Source: Magallana gigas (lineage: Eukaryota). From it: a stretch of 64,000 nucleotides of DNA. Position 1 is the stretch's first letter; each line of letters opens with the position of its first letter. Where the stretch lies: contig NC_088860.1 in assembly GCF_963853765.1 (NCBI RefSeq), positions 14,384,001 to 14,448,000 on the forward strand, in the 5' to 3' direction. The translations under genes and the position numbers were made by a program. Positions 21,709 to 35,325 of this stretch are shown one piece after another. The notes under the pieces are model-generated. The model saw only the letters and a program-made list of their open reading frames with translations, did not search any database and was not told the origin of the DNA.

Positions 21709-24700
21709 TGCGCATGCTCTCAACAAGGAAGTTGATAATATACGTAAGTTTATATCCATTTAAAGTTTATTACAAGTGTATGTTTTTTAGGTGTGTGATA
21801 TGATGTAAAAAGATATAAATTTCGTGTAATCTTTCTTTGAAAACATACATTAATGTTCATTTGTAGACATTTATCGTGTTCATTTTAATCTGCAGGGCTG
21901 ATGGGAGAGATTGTAATTCGAGAGCTCTAAGCGTGTCAAAACTTTTATTCATTATGACGTTTTATGATAATGTAGAATCAAATGCAGTGTACCTGCTGCT
22001 TTATTTTTTTTAGGTGTGTTACCATCAACACTCTCTTCTACGATAGTTTAGTCCCAATGCAGATCTGGAAACTTCTGTTTTTCGTAAGTTTAATAAATTT
22101 AAACACAATCTAAAGCATCAAGGCATGAAAAAATGGAAAGTCAACTCAATTTAACGCGCTCCAAATTTCATAGTTAGGACGATAAGTTTGGGATAAGAAA
22201 AGCATTGCTACTCAAGAAAATTCCTCTCCCATTTTGTCTGTTCTCTTCTATTCAAAATGAGAGGGATGGGGATAGGGTGGAATTCTGGTTCCTTATCAAA
22301 AATATGTTACTTTACAAACATATTTTTCAACCAAATACCTTTGACTTTGTGATCTATTCTATTAATGCTGACAAAATGCGATGGGTACTTCAGGAAGAAC
22401 AGTGCAAGACATAAAGATTTTTTCTTATGGCTTTTTGTTTAATTTCTATTCAAACTCAGTGTTTGTAGCTTATTTCTATGCAAACTCACTGTTTTCAAGT
22501 TTTATTTTTTTCAAACTCATGGAGTGGAAATTCGGCTTTATTTCAAATAGTTGAACATGAATTTAGACACTCAAATATATAATTTACCAATTTATTAATT
22601 AAAAGAATTATGGCGAGAAAATTCAACAACTACATTTGTGCATTTGTGCACATGAATTGATTCCAATTATAAGAGAAGTCTTCAACCATTGTTTCATTAT
22701 TGTATTTATTTACGATATTTAAAATAATCAGATAATAAATTTCCAAATATTTCGATGTTTCAAATAATTCATCGAAGTATTTTTAGGAATTGGTTCGTTT
22801 TTCAAGCAAGAAACAATAGTTTAAAAAAACTATTTCTATAGCATTTAAATGTCATAATTTTAAAAGATAAGATATGAAAGAGCAATTCTTGTGTTCAAAA
22901 TACCGAACACATGTTACACGTATAAACATTTAAGATTACATACAAGATTGTGTTCGTAACAATCAGTATTACACGGTAATCGGAGTTTCTTTTCTTTTTC
23001 TTTTTTATTAAACTGGGAAGTTTTGCTGAAGAAAAATTTTGAGAGGATGGTTTTGAAATATTTTAAGGAAGTGATTGGGAATAATGCAACCATTGTTTAT
23101 GCTTCTATGTATTTGAGATTATTTTTTGTTTAAACATGATACATGTATAATTTATATTCATAAACAAAGTTAATTGAGCACATGAAGAAAGAAGGGCGAA
23201 TACGTAGTATAAAGTGCCAAAATACAATTTGTGGAATGGAAAAGAAAATTAAAATAAAATAACTAAGATATGTTACTTATCTATTTGATATCTCGTTAGG
23301 AATCCGTTTCTAACGATGTTTATTAAATCATCGAATTCAAAAAGCAATTTGAAGTTAAATAAATGAAACAATCATAAACATGTATTGACGACTATCAACA
23401 TAAAAAGAAAGCGTAATTTCTAAGAACTTTACTTTCCATTATTTCATCACAGCACTCCGCCTTTTGTGAAACTTTGATTCAGTTGTGAATAGAAAAAAAA
23501 TACGATTTCAATAAAGACAGTTTTCATAAAGATGGTGGAATTTGCACATTTCCGAAAATAAAAAGTTGCAGAAAACATTCTCATAACATTTTAAATAAAA
23601 TGAAGATTTCCACTGATGACCACATATTTAAAAGTATTGGTATGATTTAATAAAATCTCATTAAATTGGTCTCTTTAAGAATCAGTTTAGTTTGGGTGGT
23701 AAAAGGGGACATACTAGCAATACCACGTTTATTCACCCAGAGAAAAAACCCCAAAATTTTGTTTGATTTAAAAGATTTATTTAGCGACCATTGGCTGTAC
23801 GCGTGGCAGATATTCATTGTTGGGTATTGATAACAATGTTGGCAAACTGAACAAAACAAAACTCACAACAAAATTATAACTGTTATAATATTGTCTTTTA
23901 TATTGTAGCACGATATTGACCAATCCGGGTTTATCGCGGATGATCACTTTTTCAAGTAAATTTTTAAGGAAATCATGAGTATGCTGAATTTAACAACATC
24001 AAAATATCTCAAAATAACATTATACAAACACATTTTTACATTAAATACACTCGTCTTACACTTTAGTAATTCAACCTGCATAGTTCAATTCCAATATTAC
24101 ACGCCAATGTGTGATGGTACGGCTCATATCTTTTTTTGATTCCAATTTGTTAAAAAAAAATGTTGACTAACGTCTCGCATATTTTCAGTATGATTTTTAG
24201 AAAATAGTTCAACTTCATGTTGAAATCGTTATAAAGACACAATACATCTACTAAGTTTATATTTATTTCACAAAAATTATGGAAAGCTTTTCTGAGATCA
24301 TAGATCTACACATGAGTATCAAACAGTGAAGGAAATGTATGTTGTCCATGTCTTCAGTTACATGTAATTCCAGCTCATTCCCCATGTCGTCAACAACAAT
24401 TGATCATATTTCTTTTGTACACATTGGTGTCAAAATCTTACATTTTTAAGATTAACAAAGACAACAAGGCTGGATACTTCATAAATTAAAAAAAAATACC
24501 TCAAAATACATTTTCATTCCAAGACAAATTAAACTTTTCTCAGATAAATGTACATATATGCCTCGGAACCCCCTCCCTCCCCTGGCAAACAAAATTATCA
24601 CTCGGACCACCGATTCCCCAGGAAAAAAATTTCGGAACCACGCACTTGTACACGTCTACACGTAAGATAAGAAATTTATGATTGAGAGGTCTGACTTTTG

Positions 24701-25281
24701 TCAGTTTGATATTATTAAGTAAAGCATTCTGGATTGTATAAAAGAAGGTATAAACATGTACATTTGCTCTCAGCTCTTCCTTTTCTTTCTTTTTTTTTTT
24801 TTTTTTTTTTTTTTTGTTGTTGTTGTTGTTTTTTATTTGGGGGGGGGGGGGGGGTACATTTTCATAGTGATTATATTAATAAATCATTATCAATTCTTGC
24901 GTTGTTGAGGTCTCAAATAGAAATGTTCTATCAAAATTGTACATGTAAATGGCAATAACTTATAAAGGGTTTGATAATTAATATTTGTTGTAAAAAATGC
25001 TTTAGAATATTTTGGGAGCAATTGTTTATATTATATCTGATATTGAATAGTTGTCCTTTGTTTCCGTTATGTACAATTTACTAACAATGAATCATAGCGT
25101 AGTTAAAGTAAATCAATGGGCACAACGAGGACTGTTTATATATGGACCGTTTTGTTTCATTTCATCCCTTTTTCGAACAATCTTCGTTTTACATTCTGAT
25201 GTTATACATGTAATTCCGGAAGTATGAAACACCATCATACCACATTAGAATATCGTTCGCTTTTCAGTAATATGTAAGTTA

Positions 25282-25730
25282 CATAGGCGTCGGAACCGGG
25301 GGGGCTAGGGGGGGGGGAGGGCTTAGCCCCCCCACTTTTTTTGCAAAGTTATACCTAACCATTAGAAACATAGTATGATAGAGGGTTCAGCCCCCCCCCC
25401 CCCCCCCACTTTTTTCCCGCAGGAAAGATTATTGTTCCTAAATTTACCTTGAACGATTGAGAAGTTGGATTCAGAATCATAGCCCCCCCCCCCCCCCCCC
25501 CCCCCCCCGGATTAGGAATTTCGTGATTGAGGGAAAAAAATTTTGTGGTAAGTAAATTTTTTTTTAGGAAGTATAGGTACATGTATATTCCCCCCCCCCT
25601 CCCCCCCCCCCCCTCCCCCCCCCCCCCCCCCACGGATTAGGATTTTCATGATTTTGGGAATTACTTTTTTCTCAATATTTATGAGGATTAGTCTAGCCCC
25701 CCCACTTTCAATTTGCTTCCGACGCCAGTG
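25282..25730. mobile_element. Non-autonomous TIR element (MITE) with poly-G/poly-C tracts and 5-bp TSD
   Basis: TIRs CATAGGCGTCGGAA / TTCCGACGCCAGTG. AGTTA is duplicated at 25277-25281 and 25731-25735. Confidence 0.82.
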
Positions 25731-26940
25731 AGTTACAAGGTCTAGCTTTTCTCATTCATTCGGAAAACCTCTGATTCCATGCATGTTATACTAAGACTTT
25801 TGACCCCTGTCTCACTTTTTTGCTATTCTATAAAATATAATGTATCACATTTCTTCTTTGTTCCATTCAATGTCTCTTGCTGAAAGCAGCTTTTGTTTAA
25901 CCAAGGGCACCCTAACACCACGATAGTCTTTATATATTAATTATGTGTCTGATTATATGGTTATGGAATAAGAAAAGTGCTGGGCTAAATCATATCCATG
26001 AACTTGAAACAAAAATAATTTTCTCTAAATGCATTACACGATGAATATAAATAAATAAGTAATATCTATTTTTATTGTTCTAAAAGAACAAAAAGCAAGG
26101 CTGCATCGTCACTATTTTATCACAGTGCATAATATAACCATACTACACGTAATACCGAAATAATCATTGTGACCATCGCATCTAGAACCATTTTATTAAC
26201 AAGACCTTGGACTTTTAGTAGGACGTAGCAATCTATTTTTGCGTTTAAACAAGTTAAAAATTACTCGGTTTTAAGAGAAATATATGCTTCGATTGCGTAG
26301 TCTTAGCTCAAAAGCAAGACAAATCTTGTTGATTTCAAAGAGCCATGGATGATTGGCTAACAATGAAATAGACATGTCTACGTCAAATTGCTTTTTGACA
26401 CAGCTACCCAAATCTCCAAGCTTTTGTTAAAATGGTTTTAATGCTTAGAACTATTCAAACTAAGTCTGCGAACATTGCTCTAATATAACAAATAACTAGG
26501 ACAGTGTGTGTATTTCAATCATGGTATTACAATTTTTATTGAAGATTCAATATTTAAACACCAAACTTAAGATGCGCCCTGATTGGGGGGAGTCTCTCGT
26601 CTGAAAATAGAAATCAATCGATTGTAAGTCAGTTATAATTCATGGTAATCAATATCGTTTATGACGTAGAATCATATAATCATACATCACATATTACTCG
26701 TCGACATTCAAAGGACTTGTAACTGAAGAAGTAGTATTATAGCTTTTTCTTGTTTTTTAAACAGCACTTCAATTTGTTTTCTCCATGCGGCTTTTTATTT
26801 TCGGTTATTTCATTAAAAAAAAATTGTAGCAAAAAAAACCCAAAAAACAAAAAACAATTAAAAAAAACAACAAAAAAACAGAGGATGGAAATCGTTGTAT
26901 ATACCTCTATGCAAATGGTGATTAAATCATGGCGAGTTTC

Positions 26941-27646
26941 CTAACCGCTGGTGTTGTTGTTGTTGTTCAGGAGGAGGGGCAACAAGAATAGGAGCACTGC
27001 AACATTGACATTAACATTCATTACAAGCAAATTCCTCGTACAATACATATTAAGACAAAATATTACAATATTTCTCTACTTTCTTCATTCAACTTGTTTT
27101 ACCACGTTATCATATATTTCATGATCAGAGGTTTGTTATTTTGCAAGAAGAAAATCAACACAAGAGTTCAGCAAAGTTGATTCGTCAAAAATTTTTGTGT
27201 GAAAAAATATTAGCGTAGAGAAGAATATACATGTACTTTCCGTTTTACTTACAAAGAAGACCGCTTCCGTTTCCTCCGAAGAGACCGCTCTGTGTTGTCT
27301 GGACATTGCCATACAGAAGTTCAAGGGGGAGGGGGGTGGGCTGGGCGGCGACGGGGGTGGGGACAGCGTAGGGAATGTACATGGCTTTACCGGATTTTCC
27401 ACCGTGACCATGACTATAAGCGATAGATGATCCCATTGATCCCATTCCTACGGATCCCATGGATCCCATTACGTATCCAGAGGAAAGTGGTCCGAAGCCA
27501 GCAGATGGGGCATAGCCACCCATGTATATCCTGTAATCATCATCATCATCGAAGAAATCATCAAAACCGTCATCGCCGAACCACTGAGCGTTGACTGCAG
27601 CAACGGCGACGAGGGCAAGTATAGCGACGGTGGCAAAGGAACGCAT
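26941..27646 (-). CDS. Secreted low-complexity protein with Asp-rich N-terminus, paralog C (149 aa)
   Basis: Coding exons 27646-27253 and 26996-26941 (phase 1). Signal peptide MRSFATVAILALVAVAAVNA, then QWFGDDGFDDFFDDDDDY, GSMG repeats, HGHGGKSGK, YIPYAVPTPV, tail GLFGGNGSGLLLLLFLLPLLLNNNNNTSG*. Exon 1 donor AAG|GTAAAG at 27883/27882; TATA-like at ~27937-27930. Confidence 0.88.
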
Positions 27647-29707
27647 CTAAAAGGGACAATATCATTATGATAGATAATGAAAAATAGATAGCACGTTGGA
27701 TCAGAGATATTCATTGCTTAGTCAAAACCAATGAAGTCTACCGTACTTTAAAACATATTCTACTTTTTTTTTATAAAAGTTAATCAAAAGTAGTAATATT
27801 TAAGAAATAAAATATATTAAAAAGGACACTAAGGTATAAGGAGAGAGAGATTGCGAACGCAGATCAAGATCAAATGCTTTACCTTCGAAGGTGGAGTAGA
27901 GTATATGCCAAGCTATCGGAGAAACTGGGTATATATAGGGGTCCGCGAATTTGAATTTTATGCAATCTAAAGTAATTCAAATGGGAAAACCAACACAGTC
28001 GGTGATATAAATGTTGCAGGGTTTGCGTATTATGAGCGAATATTTGGGTAATACATGTCTACCCCGGAAGACATAAATGTGCGAGTTACATAATTAACAT
28101 GTACTGCTAGAGTCGGTAATCAAAACACGGGTACCTTCATTCCATTCTGTAATATAACGTATTTATTTCATTCCATTCTGTAATATAACATGTATTTATT
28201 CAATCGATTGTCAAGAAATTATACGTATTAAGCTTAATTGAACTTGAGAAAAGGAAATAATTCATTTTAAAATATATAGAAATTCATTGATAATGAATAT
28301 TCTTTTCGACTGTTTTATATTTCAAAACACGTTTTAAGATAATTTCTTTTCGCTGTTGCAACGAATACATTAACCAAACTCAGAAGATGCAGGTGATAAA
28401 ATAGCGCAAATGCCCATTTGGTTAAGTCGTGCAATGATTGTTTCAAATTTAATATTTCCAATTGAAATATTTTTAATAATGAAATAAAAATTTAAAACAT
28501 TATTAAATAAATTACCTTATGTCTAGTGTTCTTAACACTGAGCCATTTAAGTCACAACAAAGTGCGTTGTTTAAATGCAATATGCAACTTTTATCTTTTA
28601 ACGAATTAATATACTTGTATCATTTTTCTAAAACGTTCAAATGTTGGGGTAAATAATTTTCAATGCATACATGTAGCAGGTCATTAATCCACGGTTTTGT
28701 TGATTGAAATCGGGTTGCTTTCCATTAGACCTTATTTAGACTTTTAAAGAAGTATGTAGCGCAAACCGAAATTAATGGAATTGAAATTCTTAAAAATTAC
28801 GCTATTTGGAGATTTTGATACGCAACCCCCAGTTTGAATCAACATAATCCAAGTATTAAACGTATTTAAGGGTTGCAAACCGATATTATATTTAATATAC
28901 ATCGTTTGGAATGACATTTTTTTTTTAACAAATATCAAATTTGTTGATATTCTAATTTAATACTATCTTATCTGTCCTGAAATAGGCATTTTACACGCCT
29001 TATCCACCCATTTCCTTTTAAAATAAATTCCGATACTTGATCAGATTTTGATATCAGCATGGCGATCAATTGATCAAATGACTATTAGCAGAATACAAGA
29101 TGAGCTAGACATGTTGAGTCGAACATTTTCAGTTTCCTTAGATTAAATTTTCAAATTTTATTTCATTGATATGTCCAGGTTGAACTTTCTTTGTAAGCAC
29201 GTTTATGAAAATTTCAAGGATGAAATTGTGGTTTATAAACTTAATAAGGAAGAAAAAACAAAGCTTGATTGCAGAGTTGGCTTTATTTTCAAAGAACTCA
29301 TTGACGTTTCTCAAAGAAGAAGATATACCGGCATAATCAAACTGTAAATAAATTAATCATTCAAAAGTTACGTAAAAATCAACTAAATAAAATTTCTTCC
29401 CTTGCCAAACACGTGACTTCCAAAAGCAAAATATAAATAATTTAAATCCACTTTAATCGTTTTTTATCTGACTTTTAGTGCCCCTCCTTCAAAATTGTAA
29501 ATGAAAAGGACAAACAAACAAACAGAACCCCTAAAAAAAATTCACTTGGTTTTACTGCAATTTGAAAATTTTTGAATAAAGAAAGTAGCAAAAGTTTTTT
29601 AATCGCATCAATTACATTGAGCTGAATGAATAGTTTGAGAGTCTGATTACCAGCTAGTAACCACAGAAATGCCAACTACTGAATACAGCCAATAGGAAGT
29701 CTAGTCA

Positions 29708-29843
29708 TTACGTCACATCGCGAAGGAAAGGTGTACATTCTTACGCCATATTGTTACGCCACCAACATTTTTGGATGCACTTTGCAATACTATAAAAGGG
29801 GTAGAATAGTCGAATATTGCAGATCAGTCCAACAGATCGAAAG
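29708..29843 (+). promoter_or_regulatory. Core promoter and non-coding exon 1 of paralog D
   Basis: TTACGTCA at 29708-29715, TTACGCCA at 29741 and 29754, TATAAAAG at 29791-29798, Inr-like TCAGT at 29824, donor AAG|GTAAGC at 29843/29844. Confidence 0.75.
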
Positions 29844-30253
29844 GTAAGCATCGCTGTCCATTTACAGGGATTTTAACATTTCAGTCTGCATTGAAGATAT
29901 TGTTTGTTTTTATTATCTATTATCAATGAAAAAAAAAACTAGGTTACATCAAAGCGCAAAACGTAATTTTAACTTTCAAAAATAGATTATAATGAAAGAT
30001 AAAGGACATATGTCCTTAACCCAGCATAAGATATATAACTTTGAAATTAAGCCTATTTTACATAATAATTAGGATTTTTTTTCTTCTCCGTAACGAAATA
30101 GCTCTTGTTTTTATCTTGGTTTTTCTTGTCGTTAATATTATCACACAAAACTAAGTGTTTTTTATGATTTGCACAATTGTGAAATGAATAAAAATAAAAA
30201 AACTCAAAATTCTGGGACTATCAATATAAAAATTGACATTTTGTTCATTTCAG

Positions 30254-30835
30254 ATGCGTTCATTCATCACCATTGCTGCCGTTATGATGGTTGGCGTTGC
30301 CGTGGCCATGGCTGAGGGATACGGATCCAGCGGATACGGAAGTAGCAGCTACGGAAGTAGCGGCTACGGCTACATGTCTTATCCAACATCTGGATCTTAC
30401 GGATATGGAGGTGGATACGGAAGTGGATATGGATACGGAAGCGGATACGGAAGCGGGTACGGAAGCGGATACGGAAGCGGATATGGAAGTGGATACGGAA
30501 AGGGACACGGAAAGAAATCCTCAACTGCTGTGTATTACCCAGTCCCTGTGCCCGTCCAACAGCAAGCCCCTACTCCCCTTCCCCTTCCACCAATCGGTCT
30601 TGGAACTGAAGTCGGTACCGGAAACAACGGTCTGTTCGGAGGCAGCGGCATTGGACTTCTTAGTAAGTAGATTATCAACTTGTCATACTTTCATGCTTTT
30701 ATTCTGATTTATATGCATTCATTATTATCTACATGTAGTGATTAAAGCATCATTTACAACAATGTTTAATCATCTTTTTCAGTGCTGCTTTTCCTGATCC
30801 CTCTCCTTTTCAACAACAACAACACTTCCGGTTAA
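30254..30835 (+). CDS. Secreted Gly/Tyr/Ser-rich (GSGY-repeat) protein, paralog D (153 aa)
   Basis: Coding exons 30254-30662 and 30783-30835 (phase 1). Signal peptide [20 protein letters not shown], (GSGY)n, [15 protein letters not shown], tail [34 protein letters not shown] near 30963. Confidence 0.9.
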
Positions 30836-33721
30836 ATAACCACGTGATATCCATGCGCTTCGCCGTGAGCCTCTTATTTGAATGGGATAATATTTCGGTC
30901 GCAACCTTTGGTCTGGTCTGGTCTGGTCTCCCTATGTTAGGTTGTTACTCTGTTGGATAAAAATAAATTGCTGTGAAAGCAGCAAAACAAAACTTAGCTC
31001 TTTGTCATGTTGATTTCAAATGATCTAACGTTTGTCATTCCAGTTGTTATTAGAAAATAATCGGGCATCAAATTAACAAAATAGCATTTGATGCAAATTT
31101 AAATAATATTATCAACTGGAAGGTATTTAGTCCATAAACTATTGTAAACATCTGACACAAGTATCTTTCTATTTTGAATGCAGTTGCTGAAAACATAGAT
31201 ACAAATTGGATCAAAATCTTCCTCAAGTTTATATTGGTTAACTAAAACTACAGTGTAAGAAACCAACGGGAAAATGTCCTTTAGCGAAGCATTTCTTCTC
31301 AGAAGGGCTATATGAAACCATGATCTCATCAGTTCAAATACATTTGCTCGCGTATGAACCACACATTTCTTAGGGTTTTTTTTTTAATTATAACTTTTTT
31401 AAACACATTATTAGTTTTAATGGTGTTCGAATCCAGCCTGGAAAAATCGGTTGTTCGTTCTACACGACGTTATGATTGATAACAACGAACAATTTACTTA
31501 TTCAAGACATATAATTGTAAAAACTTTTAGAGAGATAATTACATGTAGGTATAGAAAAGTTTTCTTTGATGGTTTATATTAGCTATGAAAGTATCTATAT
31601 AGTACATATATTTACATAACAAACTGACGCGGGCAATGTTCTCCCTACTGAAATGCTTTCTTTTGTGGTCCATGCGGTTAGGAATGTGGCGATTAATTAT
31701 CATGATCAGAATATCCTTCACAAAAGTATTAAGAAACCAATTGTAACGGGGCAAGAAATATTAAGAGAATGAAAAATTTGAAGTGGATTGCATAGACGAA
31801 AGGCTAGTAGGCACTGTGAAATTTCGTCAGGGGTCAGATATGGAAGTCCGGAAGTTGGATAACGACAATGGTTGATGATAAGTTAAATCAAAGTACTGAT
31901 AGTACTAAAAAGCGCTAACCTAGCTTGGTTCTAAAGGAAATTTAGCTTTTGCAAGCTTAGTTAGAAAGAATCGATTTGATTTTTATATTTCAGCTTCTGT
32001 TTAGGCAATATATTTCCTCATCACTGCGTAACTGCAATGATGTACATAAGCCCCGCACCTTAGATTCACAATATCCCGAACTTTGTATTCACAATAGCCC
32101 GTGCACCCCTGAAACTGGTCCCCTAGCCATTTTAAGTGATGCATATTTCTGCTTATAGGGGGCGGTTATTTGATGCACCGGAAGTAGAAGTCTAACGACA
32201 ATAAAGCGCTTAGCTATGCTTAGCGCTTTGACAAAACGATTTAAACCAAACATTCCATAGTTACACCTTAACTACACATAGTAGATTAGGAAATACGAGT
32301 AAAATGCTTACATTAAGATGTATACGATGCTTAAAAATTAAACCCAAAACAGCAAAATTCAAAATAGATAGTGCCACCGCATCACCGAGGTTTTGTAATG
32401 AGATCTGCCAAGGGTTTTAGGGAAGCGGAGTGGACCGCTAGCGAAGATATAAAATGTGTATGCGTACCAAAATCTTCAAATAGTGAGATTTTTTTAGAAC
32501 TTCAATCATGCCTTTTATTTCATAGAGTGGGTGTGTGCTCCATATTTTTTTTTCAATCACAAAAACTTGGAGCGACGACCCACTTTACATTAGATATATC
32601 ATTTTGTGTCCCAACATTTGTACGTTTCCAGGAAATAATTGAAGTCTGTAAAGTCGTGTCCAAAATCGAATATTGTATTTAAACGACGTGGGTAGAACGA
32701 GGCATTTTAGGTTTAGTTTCAATACAAGAAACACTCAAGCCAATTGATATTTTAAAAAAAATTCTTTGCGTTAATTATAATATTCAAACTGACTATCGCT
32801 AGAAGATGGCTTTAAAAAAATTGGATTGTACATAAAAAAAAAGAATATATACAAAAGGAAAAACAAAAAAAAACCCCTGAAACTGTATTATACAATTAAA
32901 CCAAATGGATTTTTGCGCCATCTTGCTCCCCCATCTCCTTTTAAAGTACGATAATATCAGAACTCTTTAATAGATAAGATAATCCCAAAACACAAATGTA
33001 TGGAAAAATCTGAAGATTAGATGTATCTTTATCATAAGAATTGTACATCGAAACATAACAAATTAACGTTTCGAGGGTTTATAAAACACAATCGTAATTA
33101 AAGAAAACTTATTGAATTATATTTGTAATATCTATTTATCAAAACTAATTAAGTCTATTTCATGTGAATGTCATGACCACTGTTTCATGTGTTATATTGT
33201 AATACAAGTATGTATATTTTACCTAAAATTATTCATTTATATTTTTGATTGTTATGTAGATAAAGAAACTTTTGATTTTAAGAAAAATTTTACTGAAATA
33301 TATATTAACGTTTAAAGTGATTGGATATATTAACGCTACAATCATAACCTCCACCCTCCAAACAATAAAGAAAAGTTAATTTGTAATTTTTTCAGATAAA
33401 AAGTTGTCATTTTTGAATATATTCTTCATTCTGCTTCTGTACGGAGTTTACGCATAAGCCTCTCTGTTTGCAGCAGAAATACCGCTAAATGACGATTAAG
33501 TATTGAATTTTCATGATTTTACAACACTTGAAAGAAGTTCACATGGATACTTGTTTCCATGCACGGCTGTTCCTTTTTTGAGAGTTGCTTTTCTTTAGTT
33601 CTTTATATCTGACATGTTATTTGTGGACATGCACATAATATTCAGATCGGATCCTGACGGGTTATACATCCGATCCTTTCCCAATTCAGTTCATAATCCC
33701 CACTAAATACTGAACGAAATC

Positions 33722-34446
33722 AACTTGATTGCAAGAGAAAAGCTGTCAATGTGACAGCAAACTGGGTTTTCGTTTGTGTGAACAGTATTCATAATCCATT
33801 TGTCAACCCTGAATTGATAAACACAACACATCCAGAGAAATGGGATACCCTGTATGCAATTTTCTGCGTGAAAATGACTAAGTTCAACAGCTTTTTGAAA
33901 AAAAAAATATCAAAAATCAAAATCCAAGTAATATGCACAGCTCTGATATAAGTTCAATTGATCTGCGAAACAACAACTTCCTATCTTGAAAACTGTAGTA
34001 GGAGTTATCTGTACGACAAGGGTACCTATTTGCAATATTCTGCGAGAAAATGACTAAGTTCAACGGGTAGTATTTAAAAAAAATTAATCAAAATCAAAAT
34101 ACAAGTTATATGCACAGCTCTGATATATGTTAAATTGGTCTGCAAACCAACAACTTCCTCTTTGAAAACTGTACAGGGAGTTATCCATACAATAGGGGTA
34201 CCCTATATGCAATATTCAGCGAGAAAATGACTAAGTTCAACAGCTGGTATTTTTTTTCTTCAAAAATTATCAAAAATACAAATCCAAAAAATTTGCACAG
34301 CTCTGATATTTGTACAATTGATCGACAAAACAACAACTTCCTATCTTGAAAACTGTAGGAGGTGTTATCTACCCTTTTGGCAGCCACCCGCCCGCCATTT
34401 TCACCATTCTAATAACCGGATTTTTCCTTCGGAAAACCCGGTTTAA
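33722..34446 (-). mobile_element. Helentron-type element with ~177-183-bp internal tandem repeats
   Basis: Hairpin GCTGTCA-ATG-TGACAGC, (A)T(A/T)TGCACAGCTCTGATAT recurring at 33931, 34108 and 34291, CCGCCCGCC microsatellite, AAAACCCGGTT end. A related copy lies at ~63040-63592. Confidence 0.78.
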
Positions 34447-35117
34447 AAAACACCTTTTTTCCTATCTATTTATTTTGCTTTATTGTCTACTATCAAATTG
34501 CCATCAAATGTATCCTTTACAGGAGAGTATCCATTTTTCCAAGTTCCACGTGTTTACGATCCGCATCTGTCCTTCCCGGCATTGTGAGAGATGAGAGTTG
34601 AAACCCTTGAGTTGGGATTATCAAGGGGGATGTGCGGCCATCTTGTACATTTGAGAATAAGAGTGTAAACAAGATTCAAACTTTTTCTCAACAAATGGTT
34701 GTAGAGAAGACACCAATAAACCCCCTTCATATTTTTTAAAATTTTTAAATCTTCAAAATAAGTCTGTAGCTGCGCAGATCGACGGCTGTTCTGAGTGATT
34801 AAAAAGGCATTGTCCTGTTCTTGTATGCATACTTTTCAAACAAAATGACATGTAGGGCTTCATATTTAATGCTTTTATATCTTTTGACAACATTTTTGGA
34901 CAGAAACAAGCCAGTTCAAGAAATGTTTACATTCTTATTCACAAATGTACAAGATGACTGTGCATCCCTCTTAACAATATTATACTTAAGAGAATGTTAG
35001 GTGGCGCGGTACAGGGTTTTTTTTTATACCAATCACTGTGGCCAGGGGATGTGTGTCTTCATAACTCTGTCACTAAAATTTCCCCAGCTCACATTCAGTC
35101 AGAATACCTTTAGTTCA

Positions 35118-35325
35118 CTCCTTTATAAGGCCCAACACCAATTTCCGAGGAAAATTGCTACTCAGATCATTTAGTGGTTTTCTGAAATTTTGACCCTTTC
35201 ATATTTTACCCATTTTTCTACTCCTTTATAAGGCTCAACAACAATTTCTGGGGAAAATTGCTAGTCAGATCATTTAGTGGTTTTTCTGAAATTTTGACCC
35301 AATCATATTTCACCCATTTTTCATG
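35118..35325. repeat. Two-copy ~103-bp tandem repeat
   Basis: CTCCTTTATAAGGC...GGAAAATTGCTA.TCAGATCATTTAGTGG...CTGAAATTTTGACCC occurs twice in tandem. Confidence 0.8.

Larger units (their letters stand above)
16301..22340. repeat. Tandem segmental duplication containing genes A and B (units ~16301-19346 and ~19774-22339, offset 3473 bp at the left edge)
   Basis: GAAAATTCCTGGTTTT starts at 16301 and 19774. The units are colinear and highly similar through the gene and promoter; unit 1 carries an extra ~445-bp insertion. Confidence 0.93.

Noticed and set aside
24734-25633. Poly-Gly/poly-Phe ORFs
   Set aside because: They arise from G/C/T homopolymer tracts, partly within a MITE.
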